DNA from: Kiritimatiellia bacterium
Lineage (GTDB): Bacteria > Verrucomicrobiota > Kiritimatiellia > RFP12 > UBA1067
DNA: 64,000 nucleotides
Reading direction: 5' to 3'
NCBI GenBank assembly: GCA_016296065.1
Contig: JAEDKA010000001.1
Coordinates: forward strand, 68,591-132,590
Shown here: positions 16,789 through 26,059 of the stretch, one piece after another
How positions within the stretch are numbered: position 1 is the stretch's first letter
Layout: each line of letters begins with the position of its first letter
Notes under the pieces: model-generated
What the model saw: only the letters and a program-made list of their open reading frames with translations
What the model was told of the DNA's origin: nothing
Databases searched by the model: none
Program-made: the position numbers and the translations under genes

Positions 16789-19700
16789 ATGAAGACAAAA
16801 CTCCTTGCGATTGCGGCCGCCGCCGCGTCAGTTGGATTCGGGGCCGCGCAGCCGGCCTACCTCGACACGTCGCTCTCCTTCGAGGAGCGCGCCGCTGATC
16901 TCGTCTCGCGAATGACGCTCGACGAGAAATGCGACCAGCTGGGACGCACGACAAAGGCGGTGCCGCGTCTCGGCGTCGCGCGATACGACTTCTGGAACGA
17001 GGCGCTGCACGGAATCCAGAACGGAACAGGCGAGGGCACGAGCTTCCCGATGCCGCTTTCGCTTGCGTGCACGTGGGACGAGGCGTTCATCCGCCGCGTC
17101 GCGGACGCGATCGCGGACGAATGCCGCGGGCATTCGCAGCCGGTCGAAGAGGGCGGACGCGGACGCGGACTCTCCTACTGGTGCCCGACGATCAACCTCG
17201 CGCGCCATCCTCTCTGGGGCCGCACGAACGAGGCGTGGGGCGAAGACCCGTATGTCGCCGGCATGCTTTCGAGTGCGTTCGTCGAAGGCATGAAGGGCGG
17301 CGACGCAAAGTACCTCAAGACAGTCCCGACGATCAAGCACTACGCGCTCAACGACCACGAGAACCAGCGCGGCTCGACGTCGTCCGATGCAAGCGAGGCC
17401 GACATCCGCGACTACTACGCGCGCGTCTACCGCTATGTCGTGGAGCGCACGGACGTTCCGTCGCTCATGAGCGCGTACAACGCCGTCAACTTCACCCCCT
17501 CGTCAGGAAACCCGTTCCTGCTTACGACGCTTCTCAGGGACACCTTCGGCTTCACGGGCTTCGTCGTCTCCGACTGCGGCGCAATCGACAACCTCGAGCG
17601 CCAGCAGAAGTGGCAGCCCGACAGGAACACTGTGCAGCCGAAGAACTACCGCATGGCGGACGGCAAGGCGCTCTCCGACTATGTCGATCCCAACGGCGTC
17701 GTGACGAAGCCGGGCTCGGTTGCGCTCGCGCTAATGGCCGGATGCGACATGGACTGCAACGGCGACGTCTATCCCGCCAACGCGCGCCGCGCCGTCGCTG
17801 CTGGACTTGTCACCGAAAGCCAGATCGACCTCAACGTCTACCGCAGCGTCCTCGCGCGCTTCAGGCTCGGCGAGTTTGACCCCGTCGAGAAGGTGGCGTG
17901 GCGCGGCGACAAGTACTCGTTTGCAAACACGGTCGAGACGAAGGAACACCGAGCGCTCGCCGACGAGGCCGCCGCACGCGGCGTGGTGCTCCTCAAGAAC
18001 GAGGGCTCGTTCCTCCCGCTCGACGCCCGCAAGCTTCGCAAGGTCGTTGTTGTGGGCGACAGGGCGGACACGTGCTTCCTCGGCAACTACCACGGAAAGC
18101 CCAAGGAGAAGAACCGCATCTCGTGCTACGCAGGCATCGACGACTACCTTTTCGTCCACAACCGCGCGACCGAGCTCAAGCTCGTCGACACGTTCGGCGA
18201 GGATGGCGAGATCCGGGAAGAGGACAAGGCAGTGATCTCGGCTGCCGACGTCGTGATCATCGTTGCCGCCGACGAGCATGACGACTCGAGCGAGGGCAAG
18301 GACCGCGAGGTGCTTCGCCTCACGCGCAACCAGGACAAGATCGCCGCGAACGTCGCGAAGCTCAACAAAAACGCCGTTGTGTTCCTGCAGACTTCCAATG
18401 TCGTCGAACTCGGTCTCTTCAAGGACGCCGTCAAGTCCATACTCTGGTCGTCGCAGAACGGACAGGGACAGGGCGTCGGACTTGCCCGCCAGCTCTTCGG
18501 CGACGTGAATCCCTGCGGAAAGCTCGTGTTCACGTGGTACGCGAAGGAAAGCGACCTTCCCGGGATTCGCCAGTACGGACTCAAGGAGAAGTTCCTTCCC
18601 GAGGAGAAGGACTATCCCGCTGGCGGATACACATACCAGTATTTCAAGGGTGCGGTCGACTATCCGTTCGGCTACGGACTCAGCTACACGACGTTCAAGT
18701 ACGCGAACGCCAAGGCCAGCGCGAAGAAGGCCGACGCGAACGGCAAGGTCTCGCTTTCCGTCGATGTCACCAACACGGGGAAGCGCGAGGGCTCCGAAAT
18801 CGTCCAGGCGTATGTCGTCTATCCGAAGGGCAGGGGGCTCCCCGCGAAGCAGATCATGGGCTTCGCGAAGGTCGATTTGAAGCCGGGCGAGACGAAGACG
18901 GCGAACATCGACATCGACGTATCCGACTGCGCGTTCTGGAACGGAACCAAGAAGGTCGTCCCCAACGGCGACTGGACGCTTGAGGTCGCGGCTTCCGCGA
19001 CGGACGTCAAGGCCAGCTTCCCGCTCGCTGTTTCCGGCGCGCTTGCCGAGACGGTTTCCGTCGTTACGGCGAATCCGCGCGACGTCGTTGTTCATGTCGG
19101 CAAGACAGTCGCCTCGGATGTCCGATTCTCGCTCAAGGACGACCGCATCCTCCCGGCCTCCGCCGCGAAGGTTTCGTATTCGTCCTCCGATCCCTCTGTC
19201 GCCACCGTGTGCGAGAAGGGTGTTGTTTCCGGCGTAAAGCCTGGTGTCGCGACGATCACGGCGAAGGTTGACTACAAGGGGTCCGTGAAGTCCGCGTCGT
19301 TCCCGATCGCCGTCACGGACGGAACGCCCGACACGACGGACATCTCGAAGTCCGCTCCAGCTGCGAAGGCGCCGCGCGCCGTCGAGAAGCCGAAGGCCGC
19401 GCTGTACGACCGCGACGCGCTCGAGGAGGCGATCAGGATCAAGGTGTCTGGAGACGACTACGATCCGGAGACGCTCGCCGCGTACCAGGCCGGTATACAG
19501 AAGGCGCGCGAGGTGTTCTTTGACGAGGACGCGACCGCCGCGCAGATCGACAAGGCGTGCCGCGAGCTTCTCGCCGTCAAGGCCAACCTGCGCGACTACA
19601 GGTACCTTGTCGCTGACTTCCGCTCTGCCAACAAGCTCTGGCACTTCAACGCAGGCAAGAGCATCTGGGTCAACTGGTCGCGCATCCGCGACGCCGCCGG

Positions 19701-21090
19701 ACGCGAGGTGGAGAGCGACTTTACGTCGCACGATCCGAAGAAGCTGGAGCTGCGCTTCACGATAACGCTCGAGCCTTCCGACTACCGCACTCCGTTTGCC
19801 AACGCCATAGCCGGCGGATCGTGGATCAAGCTGCGCTCGCGCGACGTCGCGCAGAAGGACAACGACCCCGACCTCCAGGTGTTTGGAGGGAGACTCACCG
19901 ACAACAACGAGCACAACTATGGCTGGAACGTGTGCGACTACATCAAGGACTGGGGCCGCACCGAGGTCGTGATTCCGCTCGCCGTGGTGAATCCCGACGG
20001 CACGACGGGACTGCCGTTCATCGACAAGGGCTTCCGTGCGCAGGAGCCCGCGCACATGTCGCGCGGCAAGATCGACTGGGCGACCATCGACCGCATCTTC
20101 ATGAACTTCAACTTCCAGGACAAGTTCAAGAAGTCCGCCTCGGTGACGGCGAAGATCGAGAACTGCCGCGTCGTCGACGTCACGCTCGAGGAGGAGCGCG
20201 AGAAGGTCGCGGCGATGCTTGACGAGAAGCTTTCGGGCTCGTGCGACTGCCCTGACAGGATTGCACTGCACGACCGCGCGGCGAAGGCCGCCCGCGAGGC
20301 GATCGCCGGCGAGAACGTCGTTGCGCTCCGCCGCGCCGCCGCGGCGCTTCTCGAGGCGCGCGCGAACGCCGGATACCACGCGAGCGTCAACAAGGATGCG
20401 CTGCGCAAGGCGATCGAGGGGCGGGTCCGCGACTTCTCGCGCTACACCGCCGAGTCCACGGACGAGTACAAGGGCCTCTTCCGCAAGGCCGCGGCCGTCT
20501 ACGCGGACAAGGAGGCGACGCAGCTGGAGGTGAACCGCGCGGTCAGATCGCTCGAAGGGTCCGCCGAAATCCTCAAGGTGCGCCGCGTCGAGCCGCATCC
20601 GATCTCCACGCTCCTCGAGGGAGAGAAGTCGGTCGAGTCGCACGGACTCATGTTCGGCGTAGACTGCGACGTCGATCTCTCCGGACAGGAGGACTATGAC
20701 GTGACGGTGCGCTACGAGATCAAGGTCGAGGCGACACATCCGAATCCGCCCAGGGGCAACGCTTGGCTAAAGTACATCGTGAACGGCAACGCGCGCGTGT
20801 GGGGCGAGGGTTCGAAGAAGAGCGAGGACGCCGTGCGCATCGCCGCCATGAGCTGCCTCAGGGACAGCCCGATGGCCGCGTACGAGAGGCCGGGCGAGTG
20901 GATGACGATGACTCACAAGATTCCGTCCGCCAGGCTGAATGGCGCGAGGCTTACGCGCTTCGAGACGTACATGTTCAACGACTCGAAGGGCTATGTGCCT
21001 GATCCGCCGGACGGAAACACATGGAACAACGACACTGGCGTGAAGATGACCGTGCGCGACGTTCGGGTGTACACCGACAGGCCAGAATAG
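16789..21090 (+). CDS. Multidomain GH3 beta-glycosidase: GH3 core, Big_2-like Ig domain, helical FIVAR-like linkers and repeated uncharacterised C-terminal beta-sandwich-like domains
   Basis: 1433-aa ORF. GH3 motifs are FWNEALHGI and GFTGFVVSDCGAI. A Big_2-like stretch reads SSSDPSVATVCEKGVVSGVKPGVATITAKV. The last ~170 aa are homologous to the stand-alone CDS 58016-58567. Confidence 0.9.
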   Translation: MKTKLLAIAAAAASVGFGAAQPAYLDTSLSFEERAADLVSRMTLDEKCDQLGRTTKAVPRLGVARYDFWNEALHGIQNGTGEGTSFPMPLSLACTWDEAFIRRVADAIADECRGHSQPVEEGGRGRGLSYWCPTINLARHPLWGRTNEAWGEDPYVAGMLSSAFVEGMKGGDAKYLKTVPTIKHYALNDHENQRGSTSSDASEADIRDYYARVYRYVVERTDVPSLMSAYNAVNFTPSSGNPFLLTTLLRDTFGFTGFVVSDCGAIDNLERQQKWQPDRNTVQPKNYRMADGKALSDYVDPNGVVTKPGSVALALMAGCDMDCNGDVYPANARRAVAAGLVTESQIDLNVYRSVLARFRLGEFDPVEKVAWRGDKYSFANTVETKEHRALADEAAARGVVLLKNEGSFLPLDARKLRKVVVVGDRADTCFLGNYHGKPKEKNRISCYAGIDDYLFVHNRATELKLVDTFGEDGEIREEDKAVISAADVVIIVAADEHDDSSEGKDREVLRLTRNQDKIAANVAKLNKNAVVFLQTSNVVELGLFKDAVKSILWSSQNGQGQGVGLARQLFGDVNPCGKLVFTWYAKESDLPGIRQYGLKEKFLPEEKDYPAGGYTYQYFKGAVDYPFGYGLSYTTFKYANAKASAKKADANGKVSLSVDVTNTGKREGSEIVQAYVVYPKGRGLPAKQIMGFAKVDLKPGETKTANIDIDVSDCAFWNGTKKVVPNGDWTLEVAASATDVKASFPLAVSGALAETVSVVTANPRDVVVHVGKTVASDVRFSLKDDRILPASAAKVSYSSSDPSVATVCEKGVVSGVKPGVATITAKVDYKGSVKSASFPIAVTDGTPDTTDISKSAPAAKAPRAVEKPKAALYDRDALEEAIRIKVSGDDYDPETLAAYQAGIQKAREVFFDEDATAAQIDKACRELLAVKANLRDYRYLVADFRSANKLWHFNAGKSIWVNWSRIRDAAGREVESDFTSHDPKKLELRFTITLEPSDYRTPFANAIAGGSWIKLRSRDVAQKDNDPDLQVFGGRLTDNNEHNYGWNVCDYIKDWGRTEVVIPLAVVNPDGTTGLPFIDKGFRAQEPAHMSRGKIDWATIDRIFMNFNFQDKFKKSASVTAKIENCRVVDVTLEEEREKVAAMLDEKLSGSCDCPDRIALHDRAAKAAREAIAGENVVALRRAAAALLEARANAGYHASVNKDALRKAIEGRVRDFSRYTAESTDEYKGLFRKAAAVYADKEATQLEVNRAVRSLEGSAEILKVRRVEPHPISTLLEGEKSVESHGLMFGVDCDVDLSGQEDYDVTVRYEIKVEATHPNPPRGNAWLKYIVNGNARVWGEGSKKSEDAVRIAAMSCLRDSPMAAYERPGEWMTMTHKIPSARLNGARLTRFETYMFNDSKGYVPDPPDGNTWNNDTGVKMTVRDVRVYTDRPE

Positions 21091-21100
21091 CGAGGAAACC

Positions 21101-23770
21101 ATGACTTGCGCATCATTCATCGTCTTGGCGGCAGTTCGCATCGCGCAGCCCTCGCCCGGCCTCGCGGTGGACGACCTGATAGTGTACACCCACGATGTGA
21201 CCGAGTTTGGCGCAGACAGGCAAGGAAGCAAGGACTCGACGTCCGCCATCCAGTCCGCACTAGACGCCGCGGCGAAGGAGAAGGGCGGGACGGTGTATCT
21301 TCCTGCCGGGCGCTACAAGGTCGATGGACGGCTCAAGGTTTCTGGGGGCGTCACCCTCCGCGGCGAATGGCTCGCGCCCGACAGTGGCGGGCTCGGACGA
21401 GGGACGATACTCATGGCATACTCGGGACGCGGCGAGGAGAAGCCCGATTCGGGCGCGTTTCTCGATGTTTCGTCCGGTGCGTGCCTGAGGGATGTCGGCA
21501 TATGGTATCCGGAGCAGAAGGCCGACGCCCCGGTGCCTTATCCGGCGGCCATACGCGGCCACGGACACAGCACCGTCTTCAACGTCACGCTCTACAACGC
21601 GTGGACGGGCTTTTGGAACAACGACTGTTCCTCGATGCTTATCCGCAGGATGTACGGCACGCCGCTCAAGCTCGGCGTCCACGGTGCGTACGCCTACGAC
21701 ATTCCCCGCATCGAACACGTCGCGTTCTCGCCGAAGTACTGGTCAGAGTCCGGACTTCCCGGCGCACCGAAGGGTGCTGCGCTCGCCAAGCTCAAGTCGT
21801 TTCTTGTGAAGAACCTGACGTGTATACAGGGCGGAGAGCAGGACTGGGGCTACTGGTGGGACCTCGACCTGGAGTACTGCCAGAAGGGGCTGTTCCTGAC
21901 GGCGATTCCCGACGACGAGGGAAAGAAGGTCGTTCCGGGGAACATCTGCGCCGGAAACGTGAAGGTTCGCAACGCGGGGGTAGGCGTCTTTATCGAGAAC
22001 GCCGGCTATCCCGGGTTCATGCTTACGTACGGCGACATATCCGCGAAGACGTGCCCCGTATACTTTGCGGACAAGCCGGACTACTCGAAGTACGAGGAGA
22101 TGGGCATAAGGCCGTCATACCAGAGGACATCCTCGCTGCTCTTCACGGGGGTCGCCTTCAAGGGCGGGAAGTATTCGATCGCCTCCGCCAAGACGGGGCC
22201 GTACGGAATCAACGTCGCCGACTGCACCTTCACCGGATACGAGCGCGCGGCGCTCCGGTCCGCCACGGGGAGCATCACTGTCTCGAAGTGCGGCTTCATG
22301 CAGAAGAGGCAGCCGGCTTTCGAGCTGACGGACAAGGTCGACCAGCTTGTGCTGGTTGGAAACTCGTTTTCCGGTCCGTCCGACGTCAGGGGCTGGGAAA
22401 AGGACGACAGGCGCATCATCCGGGAGGACAGGATGGCGAAGGTCATTCCGTCGATCTCGTACAGCTTCAACCACGTCCCGAGGCGTCGTCCGCAGGGTAG
22501 GGGCATATGGGACGTCTGCGACTTCGGTGCGGCGCGCGGAACGCTTGAAGCCATACCGAGCGAAGACTCCACCGCCGCGTTTCAGAAGGCGCTTGACGCG
22601 GCGGCGAGGGAAAAGGGCGGCACGGTGTATGTTCCTGCCGGGATATACCGCCTCGAAGGTGCGCTGAAGGTTCCGACAGGCGTCGAGCTTCGCGGCTCTT
22701 TCGAAGGCGCGCATTACGGCAACTCGACCTCCGCGGGGACGCAGCTCTGGGTCTACGGCGGGAAGGACCGTCCGTCCGGGCAGCCGCTGGTGACGCTTTC
22801 GAAGGGGTCGGGATTCAAGGGCTTCACGGTGTTTTATCCGGAGCAGGGATGGATTGACAGCCCCGGCGCGATGGAGGCCGAGCGCGTCAAGAAATATCCG
22901 CCGACCGTCAGGACCGCCCCGAACTGCTGGGTGCAGAACTGCACCATCGTGTGCTGCTGGACTGCCATCGACGCGATGACTCATAAGAGCGACAACATCG
23001 AGATAGTGGACGTCACGGGCGCTGCGATGAAGACGACGCTCGAAATAGGCCACGGCACGACGGGCGGAGTCGTTCGCGACCTCCACTTCAACTATTCCAA
23101 CTGGACGCACCAGGGGCGCTTCCCGAACAGGCCAAAGGCGGTGGACGGGAAGGACGGACTCGTAGAGTACACCAACCGCGAGGTCAACGGACTCGTCCTA
23201 GGCGATGTGTCGAAGGTCGACTTCTTCTCGTGCTTCAACATCCTCGTCTCCGACCAGATCGTCCTGGAGCGCGACAGGTTCACCGGCGGGTCGTTCCGCG
23301 GCAAGATGTGGGGCGTCGCGTTCGACGCTGCGCACAACGGAGTCGTGGGGCGCGCGGGATGCAACGCGGTAATCGGGCTTGTCGCGTCCATGGGCGTCTT
23401 CAACCAGCGCGGCGGCGGACACTATGCCGTGACCGATCCCGAGTTCCGCGGGCGGATCGTCTTCTCCAACGCGGACCTCTGGGGCGGCAGTTCGAAGATA
23501 TCCGATGTCAACGGAGGCTCCGTCACGTTCTCGCAGCTTCTGTCGTGGTGCAACCTGGAGGCAGTGTGCCGCAAGGGCGGCGAGCTGAACATGCTCTCCA
23601 GCACCTACGTCGGCGACCATGTCGGGCACAACGATAAGCGCGACTGCATAAGGTTCGAGGCCGGATCGAAGGGAATGGCCGTCGGAAACCTCGACTGCCG
23701 GAAACGGCTCAAGACGACGTTTGACCCGTCCGCCGATGTGGCGCGCTCCGCAAACGGATTCTTCGAGTGA
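21101..23770 (+). CDS. Two-lobed right-handed beta-helix glycosidase, GH55-like (tandem Pectate_lyase_3-type domains)
   Basis: 889-aa ORF. Two copies of the motif typical of Pectate_lyase_3 / GH55 N-lobes are present: VTEFGADRQGSKDSTSAIQSALDAAAKEKGGTVYLPAGRY and CDFGAARGTLEAIPSEDSTAAFQKALDAAAREKGGTVYVPAGIY. The GH55 family assignment is inference. Confidence 0.75.
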   Translation: MTCASFIVLAAVRIAQPSPGLAVDDLIVYTHDVTEFGADRQGSKDSTSAIQSALDAAAKEKGGTVYLPAGRYKVDGRLKVSGGVTLRGEWLAPDSGGLGRGTILMAYSGRGEEKPDSGAFLDVSSGACLRDVGIWYPEQKADAPVPYPAAIRGHGHSTVFNVTLYNAWTGFWNNDCSSMLIRRMYGTPLKLGVHGAYAYDIPRIEHVAFSPKYWSESGLPGAPKGAALAKLKSFLVKNLTCIQGGEQDWGYWWDLDLEYCQKGLFLTAIPDDEGKKVVPGNICAGNVKVRNAGVGVFIENAGYPGFMLTYGDISAKTCPVYFADKPDYSKYEEMGIRPSYQRTSSLLFTGVAFKGGKYSIASAKTGPYGINVADCTFTGYERAALRSATGSITVSKCGFMQKRQPAFELTDKVDQLVLVGNSFSGPSDVRGWEKDDRRIIREDRMAKVIPSISYSFNHVPRRRPQGRGIWDVCDFGAARGTLEAIPSEDSTAAFQKALDAAAREKGGTVYVPAGIYRLEGALKVPTGVELRGSFEGAHYGNSTSAGTQLWVYGGKDRPSGQPLVTLSKGSGFKGFTVFYPEQGWIDSPGAMEAERVKKYPPTVRTAPNCWVQNCTIVCCWTAIDAMTHKSDNIEIVDVTGAAMKTTLEIGHGTTGGVVRDLHFNYSNWTHQGRFPNRPKAVDGKDGLVEYTNREVNGLVLGDVSKVDFFSCFNILVSDQIVLERDRFTGGSFRGKMWGVAFDAAHNGVVGRAGCNAVIGLVASMGVFNQRGGGHYAVTDPEFRGRIVFSNADLWGGSSKISDVNGGSVTFSQLLSWCNLEAVCRKGGELNMLSSTYVGDHVGHNDKRDCIRFEAGSKGMAVGNLDCRKRLKTTFDPSADVARSANGFFE

Positions 23771-23808
23771 GCCTTGTCGTCGCCGTGATTGGCAGACGGA
23801 TTTCTTCG

Positions 23809-23874
23809 TTGCGTATTTTTCACGATTAATTTTGCGAAAAATTCGCGCAATGCTTGTCTGCCTTGTGGTATAAT
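23809..23874 (+). promoter_or_regulatory. Promoter module copy 5, predicted leaderless start for CDS 23881-26034
   Basis: Unit 1 is TTGCGTATTTTTCACG (23809-23824) and unit 2 is TTGCGAAAAATTCGCG (23831-23846). A 32-nt spacer leads to TGgTATAAT (23866-23874). The spacer ctaaac is followed by ATG 23881, with no Shine-Dalgarno sequence. Confidence 0.6.
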
Positions 23875-23880
23875 CTAAAC

Positions 23881-26034
23881 ATGAAAAAGAGAATGTATAC
23901 TTTTGTCGCTGTTGTTGCGGTGAGCTGTTCCGTCTTCGGACGCGATCCCGTCGACTGGGTAAACACGGAGATCGGCACGATCAGCCACATGCTGGTGCCG
24001 TGCTTCCAGACGACTCAGCTCCCTAACGCCATGCTGCGCGTACTGCCGCCGTACCGCGACTACACGGACGACCGCGTCTCCGCGATCTTCCTTCAGACCC
24101 CCGACCACCGCGGGCAGCAGGTCTTCGCGGTGCATCCGTTCTCGGGCGACGCCGGGCGGCTCGGCGCGCGCTGGAGCGGCACGTGGGATTCCCCCCACTC
24201 GACGCCGTATTCATACGACGTGACGTTCGACTCCGAGTGCGTGAAGTTCTCGATCGTTCCCGCGCGGCAGAGCGCGCTTGCGTCGTTCGAGTTCCGCCGC
24301 GGCGACGCCGTGCATGCCGTCGTCTTCACAGGACGCGACGCCGAGGTGAGGCTCGACGGCGCGCGCGTGGTCGCGAAGGACGTGAGGCGCGGCAAATACG
24401 CCGCGAGCGACGTATGGCTCGCGGGCGAGTTTAGTCCGGCGCCGGTGGAGCTCCGCCGCGTCAACGACGGCTTTGCGCTCGTCTTCGCGCCAGAGGCGAA
24501 GTCGGTGATGCTGAAGTACGGCATCTCCTACATCGACGCAGAGCAGGCGGCGCGCAACTGCGCGCGGGAGATTTCGGGCTGGGACATGGCGGCGCTTGCC
24601 GCCGCGGGCCGCAGGGCGTGGAACGAGAAGCTCTCGAAGATCGAGGTCGAGGGCGGCACCGATGCCGAGAAGACGGTTTTCTACTCCTCGCTCTGGCGCT
24701 GCTACGAACGCATGGTCAACGTCACTGAAGACGGGCGCTACCGCGGATGGGACGGCAAGGTGCACGAGACCGACGGAGTGGACCAGTATACCGACGACTG
24801 GATCTGGGACACGTACCGCGCGCACCATCCGCTCATGGTGATCCTCGAGCCGAAGGCCGAGGCGGCGAAGCTCACGAGCTACATCCGCATGGCCGCCGAG
24901 AACAAGGAGAAGTGGATGCCCACGTTTCCGGGGATCAACTGCGACCAGCACTGCATGATCAACCACCATGCGGCCATCTCGTTCTACGACGCCTGGGTGA
25001 AGGGCGTGAGGGGCTTCGACCTCGCGGCCGCGTTCAAGGCGCTCGACTATACTGAGAAGACCGAGTCGCTCGTGCCGTGGTTCCGCGGTCCGCTCACGGA
25101 GCTCGACCGGTTCTACGTCGAGAAGGGTTACATGCCGGCGCTCAACCCCGGCGACAAGGAGACGTGCTCCGCCGTCGACCAGAACTGGGAGAACCGCCAG
25201 ACGGTCTCCGTGACGCAGGGTTCTAGCTATGACGCATGGGCGATGTCGAAAATCGCCGCAATCGTAGGCGACGCGGAGGGCGTTAAGGAATATGAACGCC
25301 GCTCGAAGTTCTACCGCAACCTGTGGGATCCGAAGACGAAGTTCTTCCGCCCCAGGAACGCCGCGGGCGAATTCGTGGAGCCGTTCGATCCGATAATCTG
25401 CGGCGGGAAGGGCGCGCGCAGCTACTACACCGAGAACAATGCGTGGACGTACATCTGGGACGTGCAGCACGACATCCCCCAGCTGCTCGAGTACCTCGGC
25501 GGGCCCGCCGGCATGGCGCGCAGACTTGACGAGATGCTCAACACTTCCTGCGGCAACCGCTTCCGATACACGGCCGAGATGCCGGACGGTGCGACGGGCA
25601 TGATGGGCATGTTCACGATGGCGAACGAGCCTTCGTTCCACATCCCGTACCTCTACAACTACGCCGGCCAGCCGCGCAAGACGCAGAAATTCGTCCGCAA
25701 GACGCTGGAGGCCTGGTTCCGCAACGACAAGATGGGCATGTGCGGAGACGAAGACGGCGGCGGAATGTGCGCCTACGCGGTGTTCTCGATGATGGGCTTT
25801 TATCCCGTGACGCCGGGTCTCCCCGAGTACCAGCTAGGCTCCCCTGTGTTCTCGAAGATAACGATTCGCCAGGAGAACGGAAAGTCGTTCGTCGTCGACG
25901 CGCCCAAGGCGAGCCGCGACGCGAAGTACGTCGCCTCCGCGACGATCGGAGGCAGGCCGCTTGCGGGCACGGCGATTCCGCACGCCGCGGTGGTGTCCGG
26001 CGAGACGCTCCGCCTTGAGATGACGGCTGAGTGA
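23881..26034 (+). CDS. GH92-like alpha-mannosidase
   Basis: The ORF-track start at 23854 is TTG and lies inside the promoter. ATG 23881 gives MKKRMYTFVAVVAVSCSVFG, a signal peptide or possible lipoprotein signal. The C-terminal block MCGDEDGGGMCAYAVFSMMGFYPVTPGLPEYQLGSPVF matches the GH92 signature context. The N-terminal VNTEIGT is a diverged form of the GH92 VNPFIGT motif. Confidence 0.8.
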   Translation: MKKRMYTFVAVVAVSCSVFGRDPVDWVNTEIGTISHMLVPCFQTTQLPNAMLRVLPPYRDYTDDRVSAIFLQTPDHRGQQVFAVHPFSGDAGRLGARWSGTWDSPHSTPYSYDVTFDSECVKFSIVPARQSALASFEFRRGDAVHAVVFTGRDAEVRLDGARVVAKDVRRGKYAASDVWLAGEFSPAPVELRRVNDGFALVFAPEAKSVMLKYGISYIDAEQAARNCAREISGWDMAALAAAGRRAWNEKLSKIEVEGGTDAEKTVFYSSLWRCYERMVNVTEDGRYRGWDGKVHETDGVDQYTDDWIWDTYRAHHPLMVILEPKAEAAKLTSYIRMAAENKEKWMPTFPGINCDQHCMINHHAAISFYDAWVKGVRGFDLAAAFKALDYTEKTESLVPWFRGPLTELDRFYVEKGYMPALNPGDKETCSAVDQNWENRQTVSVTQGSSYDAWAMSKIAAIVGDAEGVKEYERRSKFYRNLWDPKTKFFRPRNAAGEFVEPFDPIICGGKGARSYYTENNAWTYIWDVQHDIPQLLEYLGGPAGMARRLDEMLNTSCGNRFRYTAEMPDGATGMMGMFTMANEPSFHIPYLYNYAGQPRKTQKFVRKTLEAWFRNDKMGMCGDEDGGGMCAYAVFSMMGFYPVTPGLPEYQLGSPVFSKITIRQENGKSFVVDAPKASRDAKYVASATIGGRPLAGTAIPHAAVVSGETLRLEMTAE

Positions 26035-26059
26035 TTTCTCAAATCAACGGAGAAGCAAA

